A stretch of 64,000 nucleotides of DNA from the NCBI GenBank assembly GCA_048594675.1, contig JBMDWQ010000018.1:13349-77348 (forward strand), in the 5' to 3' direction. The translations under genes and the position numbers were made by a program. The DNA comes from Microbacterium sp. GTDB taxonomy: Bacteria > Actinomycetota > Actinomycetes > Actinomycetales > Microbacteriaceae. Shown here in pieces: positions 1 through 10,538 of the stretch. The first letter of the stretch is position 1. The number at the start of each line of letters is the position of its first letter. The notes beneath the pieces are model-generated. The model made no database searches, had not been told where the DNA came from, and worked only from the letters and a program-made list of their open reading frames with translations.

Positions 1-233
1 GTCAGATCCTGACGCTCCTGACCGAGTTGCAGACCGAGCTCGACCTCACCTACCTGTTCATCACGCACGACCTCGCCGTGGTGCGCCTGGTGGCCGACAA
101 CGTGTGCGTCATGCGCGCGGGGCGCCTGGTGGAGTCGGCGACGACCGACGAGGTGTTCGACCAGTCCCAGGATCCCTACACGCGAGAACTGCTCGCCGCG
201 ATCCCGGGTGCGGGCTTCGAGTTCGCCCAGTGA
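1..233 (+). CDS. Peptide ABC transporter ATP-binding protein, C-terminal fragment (runs off the window start)
   Basis: LFITHDL H-loop followed by the typical [11 protein letters not shown] tail; stop TGA at 231-233. Confidence 0.9.
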   Translation, partial: QILTLLTELQTELDLTYLFITHDLAVVRLVADNVCVMRAGRLVESATTDEVFDQSQDPYTRELLAAIPGAGFEFAQ

Positions 234-775
234 CCGATCGACCAGAGGCGCGGTCGCCGCGCCCGACGGTGCTGCGCGCGACCTCGTCGCTCGTGGCGTT
301 CTGGGCCGTCGTCGGCCTGGTGGTCCTCCTCATGGCCGATGCGGCGCTGCGCGGCAGCTTCGACTTCCTGCTTCGCTGGTCCGCCGTCGTGGCTCTCGTG
401 GTCTGGGGCTTCTGGGTGCTGCTCTACCACTCGAGCATTCGGATCGAGCGGGATCACCTCGTCGTGGTCAATCTGCTGCGCGTACACCTGATCCCGTGGC
501 GGCAGGTCCGGGCGATCGTTGAGAAACCCCAGATCAGAATCGAACTCGCTGACGGCACGCGACGGGACTGCTGGGGCGCGCCGTTCGCCTCCCGACCGGG
601 TCTGCGGGGGCGCGAGACCGGTCCGAGCCAAGCCGTGCAGCTCTTGGAAAGCGCGAGGGAATCCGCCCCGGAATCCGGTGGCGCCCCGTCGTCGGGGTGG
701 GACGTGCGGGCCCTCGCCGTGGGGTGCATTCTGCTCGCCCTGGCCCTCCTCGCGCTGATAATTGTGCGTCCGTGA
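230..775 (+). CDS. Membrane protein with bacterial PH-like domain
   Basis: GTG at 230 overlaps the upstream stop (GTGA); two N-terminal TM helices, a soluble [13 protein letters not shown]...IPW segment and a C-terminal TM helix. Confidence 0.7.
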   Translation: MTDRPEARSPRPTVLRATSSLVAFWAVVGLVVLLMADAALRGSFDFLLRWSAVVALVVWGFWVLLYHSSIRIERDHLVVVNLLRVHLIPWRQVRAIVEKPQIRIELADGTRRDCWGAPFASRPGLRGRETGPSQAVQLLESARESAPESGGAPSSGWDVRALAVGCILLALALLALIIVRP

Positions 776-832
776 TGTAAAGATCATGAAACGACATGTT
801 CAACACAGGGGTCCATTCCGTTCGACCTTTGT

Positions 833-838
833 TACCGT
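833..838 (+). promoter_or_regulatory. Candidate -10 box (TACCGT) of the peptide ABC operon
   Basis: TANNNT in an AT-enriched intergenic stretch; RBS AGAAAGGA precedes the GTG at 917. Confidence 0.45.
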
Positions 839-916
839 TGACGAGGCTGCGGGGCAGCGAGCGCGAGGCAAGCGCTCGGTCGAATCCCCTCGCCGTGAGA
901 AAGGACCCGACTCCGC

Positions 917-1900
917 GTGACGCTTTACCTCCTTCGTCGGGTCATCAACTACCTCATCCTGACGCTCGTGGCGACCTCGCTCGCCTACGTCCTGGCCAGT
1001 GTCGGACTGAACCCTGCTCGTCAGTTCGAACTGCGCAACCCTCCGGTGCCGAAAGAGACGGTCGATTCCATCCTCGATCGCCTGGGCGTCAACCGTGAGG
1101 TCCCGCTCATCGTCCGTCTGGGACGGTGGCTCTACAACCTCTTCACTCAGGGCTCCCTCGGGCTCACCGTCGGCAACCAGCCAGTCATCGACCAGATCTG
1201 GGTGCGCGCCGGCGTCAGCCTGCAGCTTCTGCTGATCGGTTCGCTCATCGGCGCGATCCTCGGCGTCATCCTCGGCGTCTGGGGAGCGGTGCGGCAGTAC
1301 CGGATGAGCGACCGCATCGTGACGATCGTGTCGTACCTGGTCTTCGCCACGCCGACCGTCGTCATGGCGATCCTGCTGATGATCCTGGCGACGAACTTCA
1401 ACCAGCTCGTCGGGTCACAAGTCATCCGGTTCAGCGGTCAGTACTCCCCGGGCATACCCGATGAGTTCTGGCCACAACTGGGAGACCGCCTCTCCCACCT
1501 CCTTCTGCCGACACTCGTGCTGATCCTCGCCGCGGCGGCCTCGTACAGCCGCTATCAGCGCAACGCCATGCTCGACGTCCTCGGCGCGGACTACATCCGC
1601 ACGGCGCGCTCGAAGGGGCGCACCCGCGGCTCGGCACTCGTGCGTCACGGCGTGCGTGTCGCGCTGATCCCGATGTCGACCTTCTTTGCGTACAGCTTCG
1701 GAACGCTCGTCGCCGGCTCCACCATGCTCGAAGTCATCTTCAGCTGGCACGGAATGGGGGAGTGGGCCATCCAGGCCGTGCGGCAGGAGGACATCAACGC
1801 CCTCGCCGGTTCCACCATGTTCGTCGCGGTACTCATCCTGTGCTCGTCGACGCTGTCCGAAGTGCTGTACGCAGCCCTGGACCCGAGAGTGAGGCGCTGA
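917..1900 (+). CDS. Oligopeptide/dipeptide ABC permease (OppB/DppB type)
   Basis: MTLYLLRR N-terminus; EAA-loop DYIRTARSKG; ends LDPRVRR. Confidence 0.93.
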   Translation: MTLYLLRRVINYLILTLVATSLAYVLASVGLNPARQFELRNPPVPKETVDSILDRLGVNREVPLIVRLGRWLYNLFTQGSLGLTVGNQPVIDQIWVRAGVSLQLLLIGSLIGAILGVILGVWGAVRQYRMSDRIVTIVSYLVFATPTVVMAILLMILATNFNQLVGSQVIRFSGQYSPGIPDEFWPQLGDRLSHLLLPTLVLILAAAASYSRYQRNAMLDVLGADYIRTARSKGRTRGSALVRHGVRVALIPMSTFFAYSFGTLVAGSTMLEVIFSWHGMGEWAIQAVRQEDINALAGSTMFVAVLILCSSTLSEVLYAALDPRVRR

Positions 1901-1901
1901 C

Positions 1902-2813
1902 GTGTCGTTCTCCCCCCAACAAGTCGAGCAGAGCCAGGAGCTCATCGAGGTCCGGCGCCCGCTTTCTCGCGCTCGCGTGGTGTGGCGCCGGCTCCGCTCG
2001 TCCAAGCAGTTCTGGATCGGCGGCGTGGTCCTCACCGCAATCGTCCTCTGGGCGATCTTCGGACCCATGCTGTGGCCGATCAGCCACACCGAGCGCGACT
2101 ACTTCGCCCTCAACCAGGCGCCGAGCCTGGCGCACCCGTTCGGCACCGACACACTGGGGTACGACATCTTCGCCCGAGTGATGGCGGGTCTTCGCATCTC
2201 GCTCATCGTGGGGTTCGTCGCGGGCCTTCTCGCCACGGCCATCGCGGCGATCGTCGGGTCGATCGCCGGCTACCTGGGCGGCTGGGCGGACAAGGTCATC
2301 GCCTGGTTCATCGATCTGCTGCTGGTGCTGCCGTCGTTCTTCATCCTCGTGCTGCTGTGGCCGTTCTTCCGCAGCGCCAGCTGGATCGTCATGACCTTCT
2401 TCCTCGCGCTGTTCGGCTGGATGATCATGGGCCAGGTCATCCGCTCACAGACGCGATCACTGCGCGAGCGCGAATTCGTCAAGGCGGCCCGCTACATGGG
2501 CTTCGGGTCCTGGTCGGTCGTCACGCGTCACATCGTCCCCAACGTCGCGTCGCTGCTCATCATCGACGCGGCCCTCGGGGTCGGTGCCATGATCCTCGCC
2601 GAGACGAGCCTCAGCTACTTCGGCTTCGGCGTCCCGGCGCCCGACGTATCGCTCGGTGTGCTCATCGCCGACGGCAACACCGCGGCAGCGACCCGTCCGT
2701 GGCTGTTCGCCTTCCCCGCCAGCGTCCTCGTGCTGCTGCTGCTGAGCCTGAGCCTGCTCGGCGACGCCCTTCGTGACGCCATCGATCCGACCTCGGGAGT
2801 CAACCGTGGCTGA
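1902..2813 (+). CDS. Oligopeptide/dipeptide ABC permease (OppC/DppC type)
   Basis: HPFGTDTLGYDIFAR; EFVKAARYMG; GDALRDAIDP. Confidence 0.93.
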   Translation: MSFSPQQVEQSQELIEVRRPLSRARVVWRRLRSSKQFWIGGVVLTAIVLWAIFGPMLWPISHTERDYFALNQAPSLAHPFGTDTLGYDIFARVMAGLRISLIVGFVAGLLATAIAAIVGSIAGYLGGWADKVIAWFIDLLLVLPSFFILVLLWPFFRSASWIVMTFFLALFGWMIMGQVIRSQTRSLREREFVKAARYMGFGSWSVVTRHIVPNVASLLIIDAALGVGAMILAETSLSYFGFGVPAPDVSLGVLIADGNTAAATRPWLFAFPASVLVLLLLSLSLLGDALRDAIDPTSGVNRG

Positions 2814-4887
2814 AAACTCCAACACTCCGCTCCTGGAGGTCAAGAACCTCACGGTGACCTTCCCGCAACGCGACGGGTCTCCCGTGCGCGCCGTGCGCGA
2901 CGTCAGCTACACGATCCACGAGGGGGAGTTCCTCGGAATCGTCGGCGAGTCCGGTTCCGGAAAGTCGGTGTCGTCGCTGGCGATCATGGGCCTTCTTCCC
3001 GACACCGCTCAGATCGAGGGAGAGATTCTCTTCCGCGGCAAGAACCTGCTCGAGCTCGACGACCGTCGGTTCTCGAAGATCCGTGGCTCCGAGCTCGCGA
3101 TCATCTTCCAAGACCCGCTCTCCGCCCTTACTCCCGTCTATACGGTGGGTGACCAGATCGCCGAAGGGCTGCGGTTGCACGACCGTCGCCTGAGCGCGCA
3201 GGCGGCTCAGAAGAGGGCCATCGAGCTGCTGAAGATCGTCGGGATCCCCGACCCCGAACGCCGTGTGCGGGCGTTCCCTCACGAGTTCTCCGGCGGAATG
3301 CGGCAGCGAGCGATGATTGCGATCGCGATCGCGAACAATCCGCGCCTCATCATCGCCGATGAACCGACGACGGCGCTCGACGTCACGATCCAGGCGCAGA
3401 TCATGGAAGTGCTCGAGGAGGCCAAGCGTCTCACGGGTGCTGCGGTGTCCCTCATCACGCATGACCTCGGCGTCGTGGCCGGTCACGCCGACCGTGTGGG
3501 CGTCATGTACGCGGGCAAGCTCGTCGAGATCGCCGATGTCGACACGCTCTTCAGCCAGCCGGCAATGCCCTACACGGTGGGCCTCCTGCGCTCCGTGCCC
3601 AACATCCGCACCGCCGGGACTGAGCGCCTCGTGCCGCTGGAAGGCCGCCCGCCGCAGTTGTCCGCGCTCCCACAGGGATGCCCGTTCGCCGACCGCTGTC
3701 CCGCCGCGATCGCCGTGTGTCGTGAGGTCGAGCCCGAGCTCGTTCACCCCACGGGCGTCGAAGGCCACCAGGCCGCGTGCCACCGCGCCGGCGAGATCGC
3801 GGCAGGCACGCTTCCCCGCGCCGAGATCTTCCCGCGGCCGCCGGCACTGCCCGAGTCCGTCAAGGCGGAGACGAGCGACGAGCCCATCGTCGAGGTCGAC
3901 GACCTCGTCAAGCACTTCCCGCTCACCCGCGGAGGGGTCTTCCGTCGGCAGGTCGGAACCGTCCGCGCCGTGGATGGTGTGTCCTTCGACCTCAAGCCGG
4001 GCCGCGTGCTGGCGCTGGTCGGGGAGTCGGGGTGTGGGAAGACCACGACGATCCTCGAACTCATGGAGCTGACGGCACCGCAGGGTGGCGACATCCGCTT
4101 CGAGGGACGTGACGTCAGCGGTCTCACCGCATCCAGCCGTCGAGCGCTGCGCAAGGACATCCAGATCGTCTTCCAGGACCCCGCCGCCGCCGTCGATCCG
4201 CGCCTGCCCGTCAGCGAAGTGATCGCCGAGCCACTGCTGGCGCACAAGGTCCCGCCTCGTCAGCGGGAGGCCCGAGTGATGGAGCTGCTGAATCTCGTGG
4301 GGCTCGACCCCGCCATGGCCGACCGCTATCCGCACGAGTTCTCCGGAGGGCAGCGGCAGCGCATCGGGATCGCGCGTGCCCTTGCGACCAATCCGAAGGT
4401 GCTCGTCCTCGACGAGCCGGTCTCCGCTCTGGACGTGTCGATCCAGGCCGGCATCATCAACCTCCTGCAGGATCTGCGCGACCGGTTGGGGCTCTCGATG
4501 ATCTTCGTCGCGCACGACCTCGCCGTCGTGCGCCAGCTGGCCGACGACGTGGCGGTCATGTACCTGGGGCGCGTGATCGAGGCCGGGCCGATCGCGGAGG
4601 TCTTCATGAATCCGCGGCACCCCTACACGCAGGCCCTCATGTCGGCGGCGCCGATCCCGGACCCCCGGATCGAGCGCACCCGCGAACGGGTCCTGCTCGA
4701 CGGGGACCTCCCCAGCCCGGCCGTCCAGATCGACGGTTGCCGCTTCCGCACGCGATGCCCGCTCTACAAGATCCTGGACGAGGCGTCGCAGCAGAAGTGT
4801 CGTACCGAGTACCCCGCTTTCGACGTGCGCGGCGATGTCGAGATAGCCTGCCACCACGTCGACAAGAACACCCTCGTCGCGGTCTGA
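2806..4887 (+). CDS. Fused double ABC ATPase (OppD-OppF type)
   Basis: Two Walker A motifs (GESGSGKS, GESGCGKT), two signatures (FSGGMRQR, FSGGQRQR) and two oligo_HPY Cys-containing tails; GTG at 2806 overlaps the upstream gene. Confidence 0.93.
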   Translation: MAENSNTPLLEVKNLTVTFPQRDGSPVRAVRDVSYTIHEGEFLGIVGESGSGKSVSSLAIMGLLPDTAQIEGEILFRGKNLLELDDRRFSKIRGSELAIIFQDPLSALTPVYTVGDQIAEGLRLHDRRLSAQAAQKRAIELLKIVGIPDPERRVRAFPHEFSGGMRQRAMIAIAIANNPRLIIADEPTTALDVTIQAQIMEVLEEAKRLTGAAVSLITHDLGVVAGHADRVGVMYAGKLVEIADVDTLFSQPAMPYTVGLLRSVPNIRTAGTERLVPLEGRPPQLSALPQGCPFADRCPAAIAVCREVEPELVHPTGVEGHQAACHRAGEIAAGTLPRAEIFPRPPALPESVKAETSDEPIVEVDDLVKHFPLTRGGVFRRQVGTVRAVDGVSFDLKPGRVLALVGESGCGKTTTILELMELTAPQGGDIRFEGRDVSGLTASSRRALRKDIQIVFQDPAAAVDPRLPVSEVIAEPLLAHKVPPRQREARVMELLNLVGLDPAMADRYPHEFSGGQRQRIGIARALATNPKVLVLDEPVSALDVSIQAGIINLLQDLRDRLGLSMIFVAHDLAVVRQLADDVAVMYLGRVIEAGPIAEVFMNPRHPYTQALMSAAPIPDPRIERTRERVLLDGDLPSPAVQIDGCRFRTRCPLYKILDEASQQKCRTEYPAFDVRGDVEIACHHVDKNTLVAV

Positions 4888-4902
4888 CGAGGATTCACAG
4901 AC

Positions 4903-4922
4903 TTCCGTCGCGTGCGACGGGA
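4903..4922 (+). other. Short intercistronic hairpin ahead of the substrate-binding protein gene
   Basis: ttccgtcg-cgtg-cgacggga inverted repeat (one G-U pair). Confidence 0.4.
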
Positions 4923-4943
4923 CACCAGAGAGGAAAAACGCAC

Positions 4944-6647
4944 ATGAACCGCAAGACAGCAGTTGCGGCCCTCGCCGTGCTCAGTGCCGGAGCGCTCTTG
5001 CTCTCGGCCTGCGCCGGCGGAGGGACGCCGACCAACACGTCTCCTGCGCCGTCCGAGCAGCCCACCTTGGCGACCGTCGCCTACGAGCAGGTGCCGGGTT
5101 CGGACGTGAAGCAGGGCGGCACGCTCAACCTGTCGATCCTGAGCACGCCGACCGACGAGGGTAACTGGAACCCCAACCACGCCAAGGCCGCCAACGTCGA
5201 GGTGCAAAACCTCCTCGCCCCGACGCTCGGCAACCTCGGCGAGGTGACCGAGGACGGCAAGGTCGTCGCGAACCCGAACTACGCCACGTCGGTCGAGCTC
5301 ACCAGTGAGTCGCCGCAGGTCGTCACGGTAAAGCTGAACGACAAGGCGGTCTGGGAAGACGGCTCGCCGATCACGGCCGACGACTGGAAGGCCACGATCG
5401 ACTCCGCCGGTAACACCGACGACGGCTACGAGGTCATCCCGTCCTCCGTCTTCGCGCAGATCGACAAGGTCGAGGTCGTCAGTGACGCCGAGTTCACGGT
5501 GAGCTTCAAGGCGACCTTCGCCGACTGGGCCAACCTCATGCTCGTCCCCGTCATCCCGGCTTCGATCGCCAACGACAAGGACGCGTTCAACACCGGCTAC
5601 ACCAACAAGCCGATCCCGACGGCGGGCCCGTACAAGCTCGACAAGGTCGACAACGACGCCGCCATCTACACGATGGTCCCGAACCCCAACTGGTGGGGCG
5701 AGGACAAGCCCAAGCTCGACTCGATCACGTGGAAGCGCATCGCGCAGGAGGCTCTGCCCCAGTCGTTCGCGAACGACGAGATCGACTACCTCGAGATCCA
5801 GACCCCGGACGCTCTGGCCACGGCTGAGTCGAAGGCGGGCGCGGTCATCCAGCGCTCGGGTGGTCTGACGTGGTCGCACCTGACGTTCAACGGCAAGTCG
5901 GCTCCGTTCGACGACGCCAACGTCCGCAAGGCCGTCGCCTCGGCGATCGACCGCGAGCTCATCGCGCAGGTGGCCAACACCCCGCTCGGCGCGCCGGCTG
6001 CCACGTTGGGCGACTGGATCTTCATGCCCGGCCAGGACGGCTACATCGACGCGTTCGGTGAGAAGTACCAGCGCAGCGAGGAGAAGGTCAAGGAGTACCT
6101 CGAGGCTTCGGGCTACACCAAGAACGGCCAGAACTGGGAGAAGGACGGCAAGAAGCTGACCTTCGCGATCATCGTTCCCGCCGGCACGCAGTCGAACATC
6201 AACCGTGCCCTGGGTGTTCAGGACGCGCTGAAGGAGTTCGGCATCGAGGTCACGATCGACGAGGCGCCTGCCGAGGACTACTTCGTCAACATCTCCGACG
6301 GCAAGTACCAGGCCGCCACCTTCGGCTGGCAGGGCACCCCGTTCCCGATCTCGTCGTCCGAGACGATCTACTACCCGGAGCAGGAGTTCGGCGACCAGAA
6401 CGGTCAGAACTACTCCTTCTTCACGGACGACCGTCTCAAGCCGCTGTTCGACAAGGCGAACGCTGAGCTCGACCCGGCCGCGCGTATCAAGATCGCGAAC
6501 GAGATCAGCGGTGTGCTCGCGGACTACCTGCCGAGCATCCCGATCTACCCCTACCCGGAGGTCGCTGCGACCGACGAGGGCCTGGTCAACTTCGGCAAGG
6601 CGACGTTCAAGTCGACCGACTGGTCGATCGTGGGCTACAAGGGCTGA
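4944..6647 (+). CDS. Family 5 ABC substrate-binding lipoprotein (OppA/DppA type)
   Basis: RBS AGAGAGGA; lipobox LLSAC; family-5 motifs (VWEDGSPITADD, GPYKL, VRKAVASAIDR). Confidence 0.92.
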   Translation: MNRKTAVAALAVLSAGALLLSACAGGGTPTNTSPAPSEQPTLATVAYEQVPGSDVKQGGTLNLSILSTPTDEGNWNPNHAKAANVEVQNLLAPTLGNLGEVTEDGKVVANPNYATSVELTSESPQVVTVKLNDKAVWEDGSPITADDWKATIDSAGNTDDGYEVIPSSVFAQIDKVEVVSDAEFTVSFKATFADWANLMLVPVIPASIANDKDAFNTGYTNKPIPTAGPYKLDKVDNDAAIYTMVPNPNWWGEDKPKLDSITWKRIAQEALPQSFANDEIDYLEIQTPDALATAESKAGAVIQRSGGLTWSHLTFNGKSAPFDDANVRKAVASAIDRELIAQVANTPLGAPAATLGDWIFMPGQDGYIDAFGEKYQRSEEKVKEYLEASGYTKNGQNWEKDGKKLTFAIIVPAGTQSNINRALGVQDALKEFGIEVTIDEAPAEDYFVNISDGKYQAATFGWQGTPFPISSSETIYYPEQEFGDQNGQNYSFFTDDRLKPLFDKANAELDPAARIKIANEISGVLADYLPSIPIYPYPEVAATDEGLVNFGKATFKSTDWSIVGYKG

Positions 6648-6661
6648 TCCCCTTCGCACCC

Positions 6662-6697
6662 GAACGGGGCGGGATTCTTCGGAATCCCGCCCCGTTC
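6662..6697 (+). terminator. Strong hairpin terminating the ABC operon
   Basis: Perfect 16-bp stem gaacggggcgggattc/gaatcccgccccgttc with a c(UUCG)g tetraloop, 14 nt after the stop; no U-tract. Confidence 0.8.
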
Positions 6698-6840
6698 CGC
6701 GTCCCGTCCGGACCCACGATCGGCGGATCGCGCGGCCCCGGGCGCCGCACAGGGTATCCTGGAACGTCGGCCGCGCGCGGATCTGCTGCGCGGGCTCTCC
6801 GACATCGACCTCATCGACACCCTCCGCAAGGACCACCTCT

Positions 6841-8751
6841 ATGGCGCATGCCCTCCGTCCGGATCTCCGAAACGTCGCGATCGTCGCACACGTCGACCAC
6901 GGCAAGACGACGCTCGTCGATGCGATGCTGCGCCAGACAGGCTCTTTCGGCGAGCACGCGCACGTCGAGGAGCGGGCGATGGACTCGAACGACCTGGAGC
7001 GTGAGAAGGGGATCACGATCCTCGCCAAGAACACCGCGATCACCTACAACGGCGCGCACACCGACGTGCCCGTCACGATCAACGTGATCGACACCCCGGG
7101 CCACGCCGACTTCGGTGGCGAGGTCGAGCGCGGGCTGTCGATGGTCGACGGTGTCGTCCTTCTCGTCGATGCCAGCGAGGGGCCTCTGCCGCAGACGCGA
7201 TTCGTCCTGCGCAAGGCGCTGGAGGCGAAGCTTCCCGTCATCCTGCTCGTCAACAAGACCGATCGCCCCGATGCGCGGATCGCCGAGGTCGAGGAAGAGG
7301 CGCACGATCTCCTGCTGGGTCTCGCGTCCGACCTCGTCGATGACGTTCCCGACCTCGACGTCGACGCCCTCCTGGACGTGCCGATCGTCTACGCCTCCGG
7401 CCGCGCCGGCGCTGCGTCGCGCAATCGCCCCGAGAACGGGTCGTTGCCCGACAACGACGATCTCGAGCCGCTGTTCGAGGCGATCCTCGCCCACGTTCCG
7501 GCACCCTCCTACGACGATGAGGCCCCGCTGCAGGCGTGGGTGACCAACCTCGACTCCTCACCCTTCCTGGGTCGTCTCGCGCTCCTGCGCGTCTTCAACG
7601 GCACGCTCAAGAAGGGTCAGACGGTCGCGTGGGTGCGTCATGACGGGTCCCACACCACCGCGCGGATCACTGAGCTCCTGAAGACCCGCGCGCTCGAGCG
7701 TTACCCGGCCGAGTCGGCCGGGCCCGGCGACATCGTCGCCATCGCCGGCATCGAGGAGATCACGATCGGCGAGACGATCGCCGATCCCGAGGATGTCCGA
7801 CCGCTTCCCGCGATCACGGTCGACGACCCGGCCATCTCGATGACGATCGGCACCAACACCTCGCCGCTCGTGGGCAAGGTCAAGGGTCACAAGCTCACCG
7901 CGCGAATGGTGAAGGACCGCCTTGACCGCGAGCTGATCGGAAACGTGTCGCTCAAGGTCGTCGACATCGGACGTCCGGATGCGTGGGAGGTGCAGGGTCG
8001 CGGCGAGCTCGCGCTCGCGATCCTCGTCGAGAACATGCGACGCGAGGGCTTCGAGCTCACCGTCGGCAAGCCGCAGGTGGTCACCAAGAAGATCGACGGA
8101 AAGACGTATGAGCCCTTCGAGCACCTGACGATCGATGCTCCGGAGGAGTATCTCGGCGCGATCACCCAGCTCCTGGCGACGCGCAAGGGCCGCATGGAGA
8201 CGATGACGAACCACGGCACCGGGTGGGTCCGGATGGAGTTCGTCGTCCCCTCGCGGGGGCTGATCGGCTTCCGTACCGAGTTCCTCACCACGACCCGCGG
8301 CACCGGCATCGCCAACGCGATCTCGCACGGCTACGAACCGTGGGCCGGTCACATCTCCACCCGTCAGAACGGGTCGATCGTCGCCGACCGCTCCGGCGTC
8401 GTCACTCCGTTCGCGATCATCGCCCTGCAAGAGCGCATGTCGTTCTTCGTCCAGCCGACCGAAGAGGTCTACGAGGGCATGGTCATCGGCGAGAACTCGC
8501 GCGCCGACGACATGGATGTGAACATCACGAAGGAGAAGAAGCTGACGAACATGCGCTCGTCGACGGCCGACTCCTTCGAGTCGATGACGCCACCGCGAAC
8601 GCTGTCGCTGGAGGAGTCGTTGGAGTTCGCGCGCGATGACGAGTGCGTCGAGGTGACGCCGGAGAAGGTACGAATCCGAAAGGTCGTGCTTGACGCGACC
8701 GAGCGTGGTCGTGCCGCCGCGCGGCTCAAGCGCCAGGACGCGAACGCCTGA
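6841..8751 (+). CDS. typA: Translational GTPase TypA/BipA
   Basis: [19 protein letters not shown]-like segment ([10 protein letters not shown]), DTPGH, NKTD, GRGEL and KLTNMRSS motifs; candidate -10 TATCCT at 6755. Confidence 0.97.
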   Translation: MAHALRPDLRNVAIVAHVDHGKTTLVDAMLRQTGSFGEHAHVEERAMDSNDLEREKGITILAKNTAITYNGAHTDVPVTINVIDTPGHADFGGEVERGLSMVDGVVLLVDASEGPLPQTRFVLRKALEAKLPVILLVNKTDRPDARIAEVEEEAHDLLLGLASDLVDDVPDLDVDALLDVPIVYASGRAGAASRNRPENGSLPDNDDLEPLFEAILAHVPAPSYDDEAPLQAWVTNLDSSPFLGRLALLRVFNGTLKKGQTVAWVRHDGSHTTARITELLKTRALERYPAESAGPGDIVAIAGIEEITIGETIADPEDVRPLPAITVDDPAISMTIGTNTSPLVGKVKGHKLTARMVKDRLDRELIGNVSLKVVDIGRPDAWEVQGRGELALAILVENMRREGFELTVGKPQVVTKKIDGKTYEPFEHLTIDAPEEYLGAITQLLATRKGRMETMTNHGTGWVRMEFVVPSRGLIGFRTEFLTTTRGTGIANAISHGYEPWAGHISTRQNGSIVADRSGVVTPFAIIALQERMSFFVQPTEEVYEGMVIGENSRADDMDVNITKEKKLTNMRSSTADSFESMTPPRTLSLEESLEFARDDECVEVTPEKVRIRKVVLDATERGRAAARLKRQDANA

Positions 8752-8790
8752 TCCCACGTGCGGCCCCCGCCGTCGCCATGGCGTCGTCGC

Positions 8791-9135
8791 TCAGCGCCGG
8801 ATGACCCGATCGACGGCCTTGCCGCGAGCGAGTTCATCGACGACCTTGTCCAGCAGGCGGATGTTCCGCAGGAGTGGGTCCTCGATCTCCTCGACACGCA
8901 CGCCGCACACGACCCCGGTGATCGACGCGATCGTCGCCGGCGGCCTCGCGTCCTCGAAGAAGACCCGGAACGTCGACTGGGCATCGAGGTGCCGGTGGAT
9001 CTCCTCATCGTCGAGGCCGGTGATCCACCGGAGCACTTCATCCAGCTCGGCGCGGGTGCGCCCCTTCCGTTCGACCTTGGCCACGTAGAGCGGATACACC
9101 GACGCCAAAGTCATGCGCTCGATGCGACTGTTCAT
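8791..9135 (-). CDS. DUF2200 family protein
   Basis: SVYPLYVAKVERKGRT...ITGVVCGVRVEEIEDPL...LDKVVDELARGK matches the family pattern from memory. Confidence 0.85.
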   Translation of the reverse strand: MNSRIERMTLASVYPLYVAKVERKGRTRAELDEVLRWITGLDDEEIHRHLDAQSTFRVFFEDARPPATIASITGVVCGVRVEEIEDPLLRNIRLLDKVVDELARGKAVDRVIRR

Positions 9136-9150
9136 GAGGGCAGTCTGCCG

Positions 9151-9738
9151 TCAGCGCACTTCGGACACCAGCACCGCGGTGGTGTCGCGCTCCCGCGCCT
9201 CGAACACGTGCGGGGCGTCACCGCGATATCGCATGTAGTCGCCCGGATGGAGTACGACGGGTTCGCCGGCGGGGCCCACCGAGGCGCTGCCGCTGATCAG
9301 GACGACGTGCTCCGTGGTTCCCGATGAGTGGGGGAGCGAACGGCGGGGCTCTCCCGGCTGTGCTCGGAGGAGGTAGAGGTCGCTACGCGCGTGCGGAGCG
9401 CCGGCAGCGAGGAGGAACGCCTCGTAGGGGGCGTCGCTCGCGCGGATGCCCGGTCGGTCCGCTGCCCGCACGACGTGGGTCTGCGCGCCGGGGGCGTCGA
9501 CGAAGACCGAGAAAGGCACGTCGAGGGCCGTGGCGATCGCCCAGAGCGTCTCGACGCTGGGGTTCCCGGTGCCGGACTCCAGCTGTGACACGGTGGCCTT
9601 GGCCACCCCCGCCCGGCGCGCGAGCTCTGCTGCACCCAGCCCGGCGCGCTCCCGTTCTCGCCGGAGGGCGCGAGCGATCCGCGCGCCGAGGGTTGCTGCC
9701 TGGTTTCCCTCGGCGTCGTCCGTGGCTGTTTCGTCCAT
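9151..9738 (-). CDS. XRE-family HTH regulator with C-terminal cupin
   Basis: LARRAGVAKATVSQLESGTGNPSVETL HTH; HSSGTTEH...GDYMRY cupin; divergent from azlC. Confidence 0.9.
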   Translation of the reverse strand: MDETATDDAEGNQAATLGARIARALRRERERAGLGAAELARRAGVAKATVSQLESGTGNPSVETLWAIATALDVPFSVFVDAPGAQTHVVRAADRPGIRASDAPYEAFLLAAGAPHARSDLYLLRAQPGEPRRSLPHSSGTTEHVVLISGSASVGPAGEPVVLHPGDYMRYRGDAPHVFEARERDTTAVLVSEVR

Positions 9739-9739
9739 G

Positions 9740-9796
9740 CGTTCATTATGGCGAACGATCGGATGATTTGACGAACACTTCCGGACCGAGCATCAT
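9740..9796. promoter_or_regulatory. Divergent leaderless promoters and candidate XRE operator
   Basis: Minus strand: CATAAT-N6-ATG. Plus strand: TTGACG-N17-CATCAT-N7-ATG(9804). Inverted repeat CGTTC-N8-GAACG at 9740-9757. Confidence 0.6.
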
Positions 9797-9803
9797 GCTG
9801 ACC

Positions 9804-10538
9804 ATGCCTTCGTCCTCCCCGCCGGCCGATTCCGACGTGCGCCGCGCGCGTCGGGAGGCGGCCGGCGTCGCGATCGCGACCAGCGCGTACGGCATCTCGT
9901 TCGGAGCGCTGTCGGTCGCGTCGGGACTCGATGTCTGGCAGACCTGCGTCCTGAGCCTTCTGATGTTCACGGGCGGATCGCAGTTCGCCTTCGTCGGTGT
10001 GATCTCTGCGGGCGGACTCGCTGCGGCACCGGCGGCGATCGCCTCGGCCGGCCTCCTTGGCGCGCGCAACATCGCGTATGGGCTGCGGATGTCGCCGGTG
10101 ATCGGGCCGGGCCCCGTGCGACGCGCCGCCGCCGCCCACGTCACGATCGATGAGTCGACGGCGGTGGCGTTGGCCCAATCGACGCCGCGTGCGCGCGTGG
10201 TCGGATTCTGGGTGACGGGCATCGGCATCTGGATCGGTTGGAATCTGTCGACCCTCGCGGGCGCCCTTCTGGGGGATGTGCTCGGGGATCCCCGGACGTA
10301 TGGACTGGATGCCGCGGCGGCGGCGGCGTTCCTCGCTCTCCTGTGGCCTCGACTCCGGCGACGTCAGGCCGTTGCCGTCGGCATCGCCGCCGCGGTCGTG
10401 GCCACGGCGCTGACGCCCCTCGTGATGCCGGGTCTCCCCGTGCTCGTGGCGGCGGGAGTCGCCGTCGTCGTCGGCTGGCTCAATTGGTTCGGCAACGGTC
10501 GTGCCGACGGGACCCCGGCCGGGGGGAGGGCCTCGTGA
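9804..10538 (+). CDS. azlC: AzlC-family branched-chain amino acid exporter, large subunit
   Basis: YGISFGAL, MFTGGSQFA, TIDESTA, GLDAA motifs; start placed from promoter spacing (alternative ATG 9795). Confidence 0.88.
   Translation: MPSSSPPADSDVRRARREAAGVAIATSAYGISFGALSVASGLDVWQTCVLSLLMFTGGSQFAFVGVISAGGLAAAPAAIASAGLLGARNIAYGLRMSPVIGPGPVRRAAAAHVTIDESTAVALAQSTPRARVVGFWVTGIGIWIGWNLSTLAGALLGDVLGDPRTYGLDAAAAAAFLALLWPRLRRRQAVAVGIAAAVVATALTPLVMPGLPVLVAAGVAVVVGWLNWFGNGRADGTPAGGRAS

Noticed and set aside
845-916. Known riboswitch in the ABC operon leader
   Set aside because: I could not recognise conserved SAM, TPP, cobalamin, FMN, glycine or T-box signatures; an Infernal scan would be needed.
2800-7043. 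Very long antisense ORFs (685 aa, 759 aa), and similar ones opposite typA, gltA, UPF0182, htrA and adnA
   Set aside because: Shadow frames of GC-rich, strongly codon-biased genes; no recognisable motifs, RBS or promoter.
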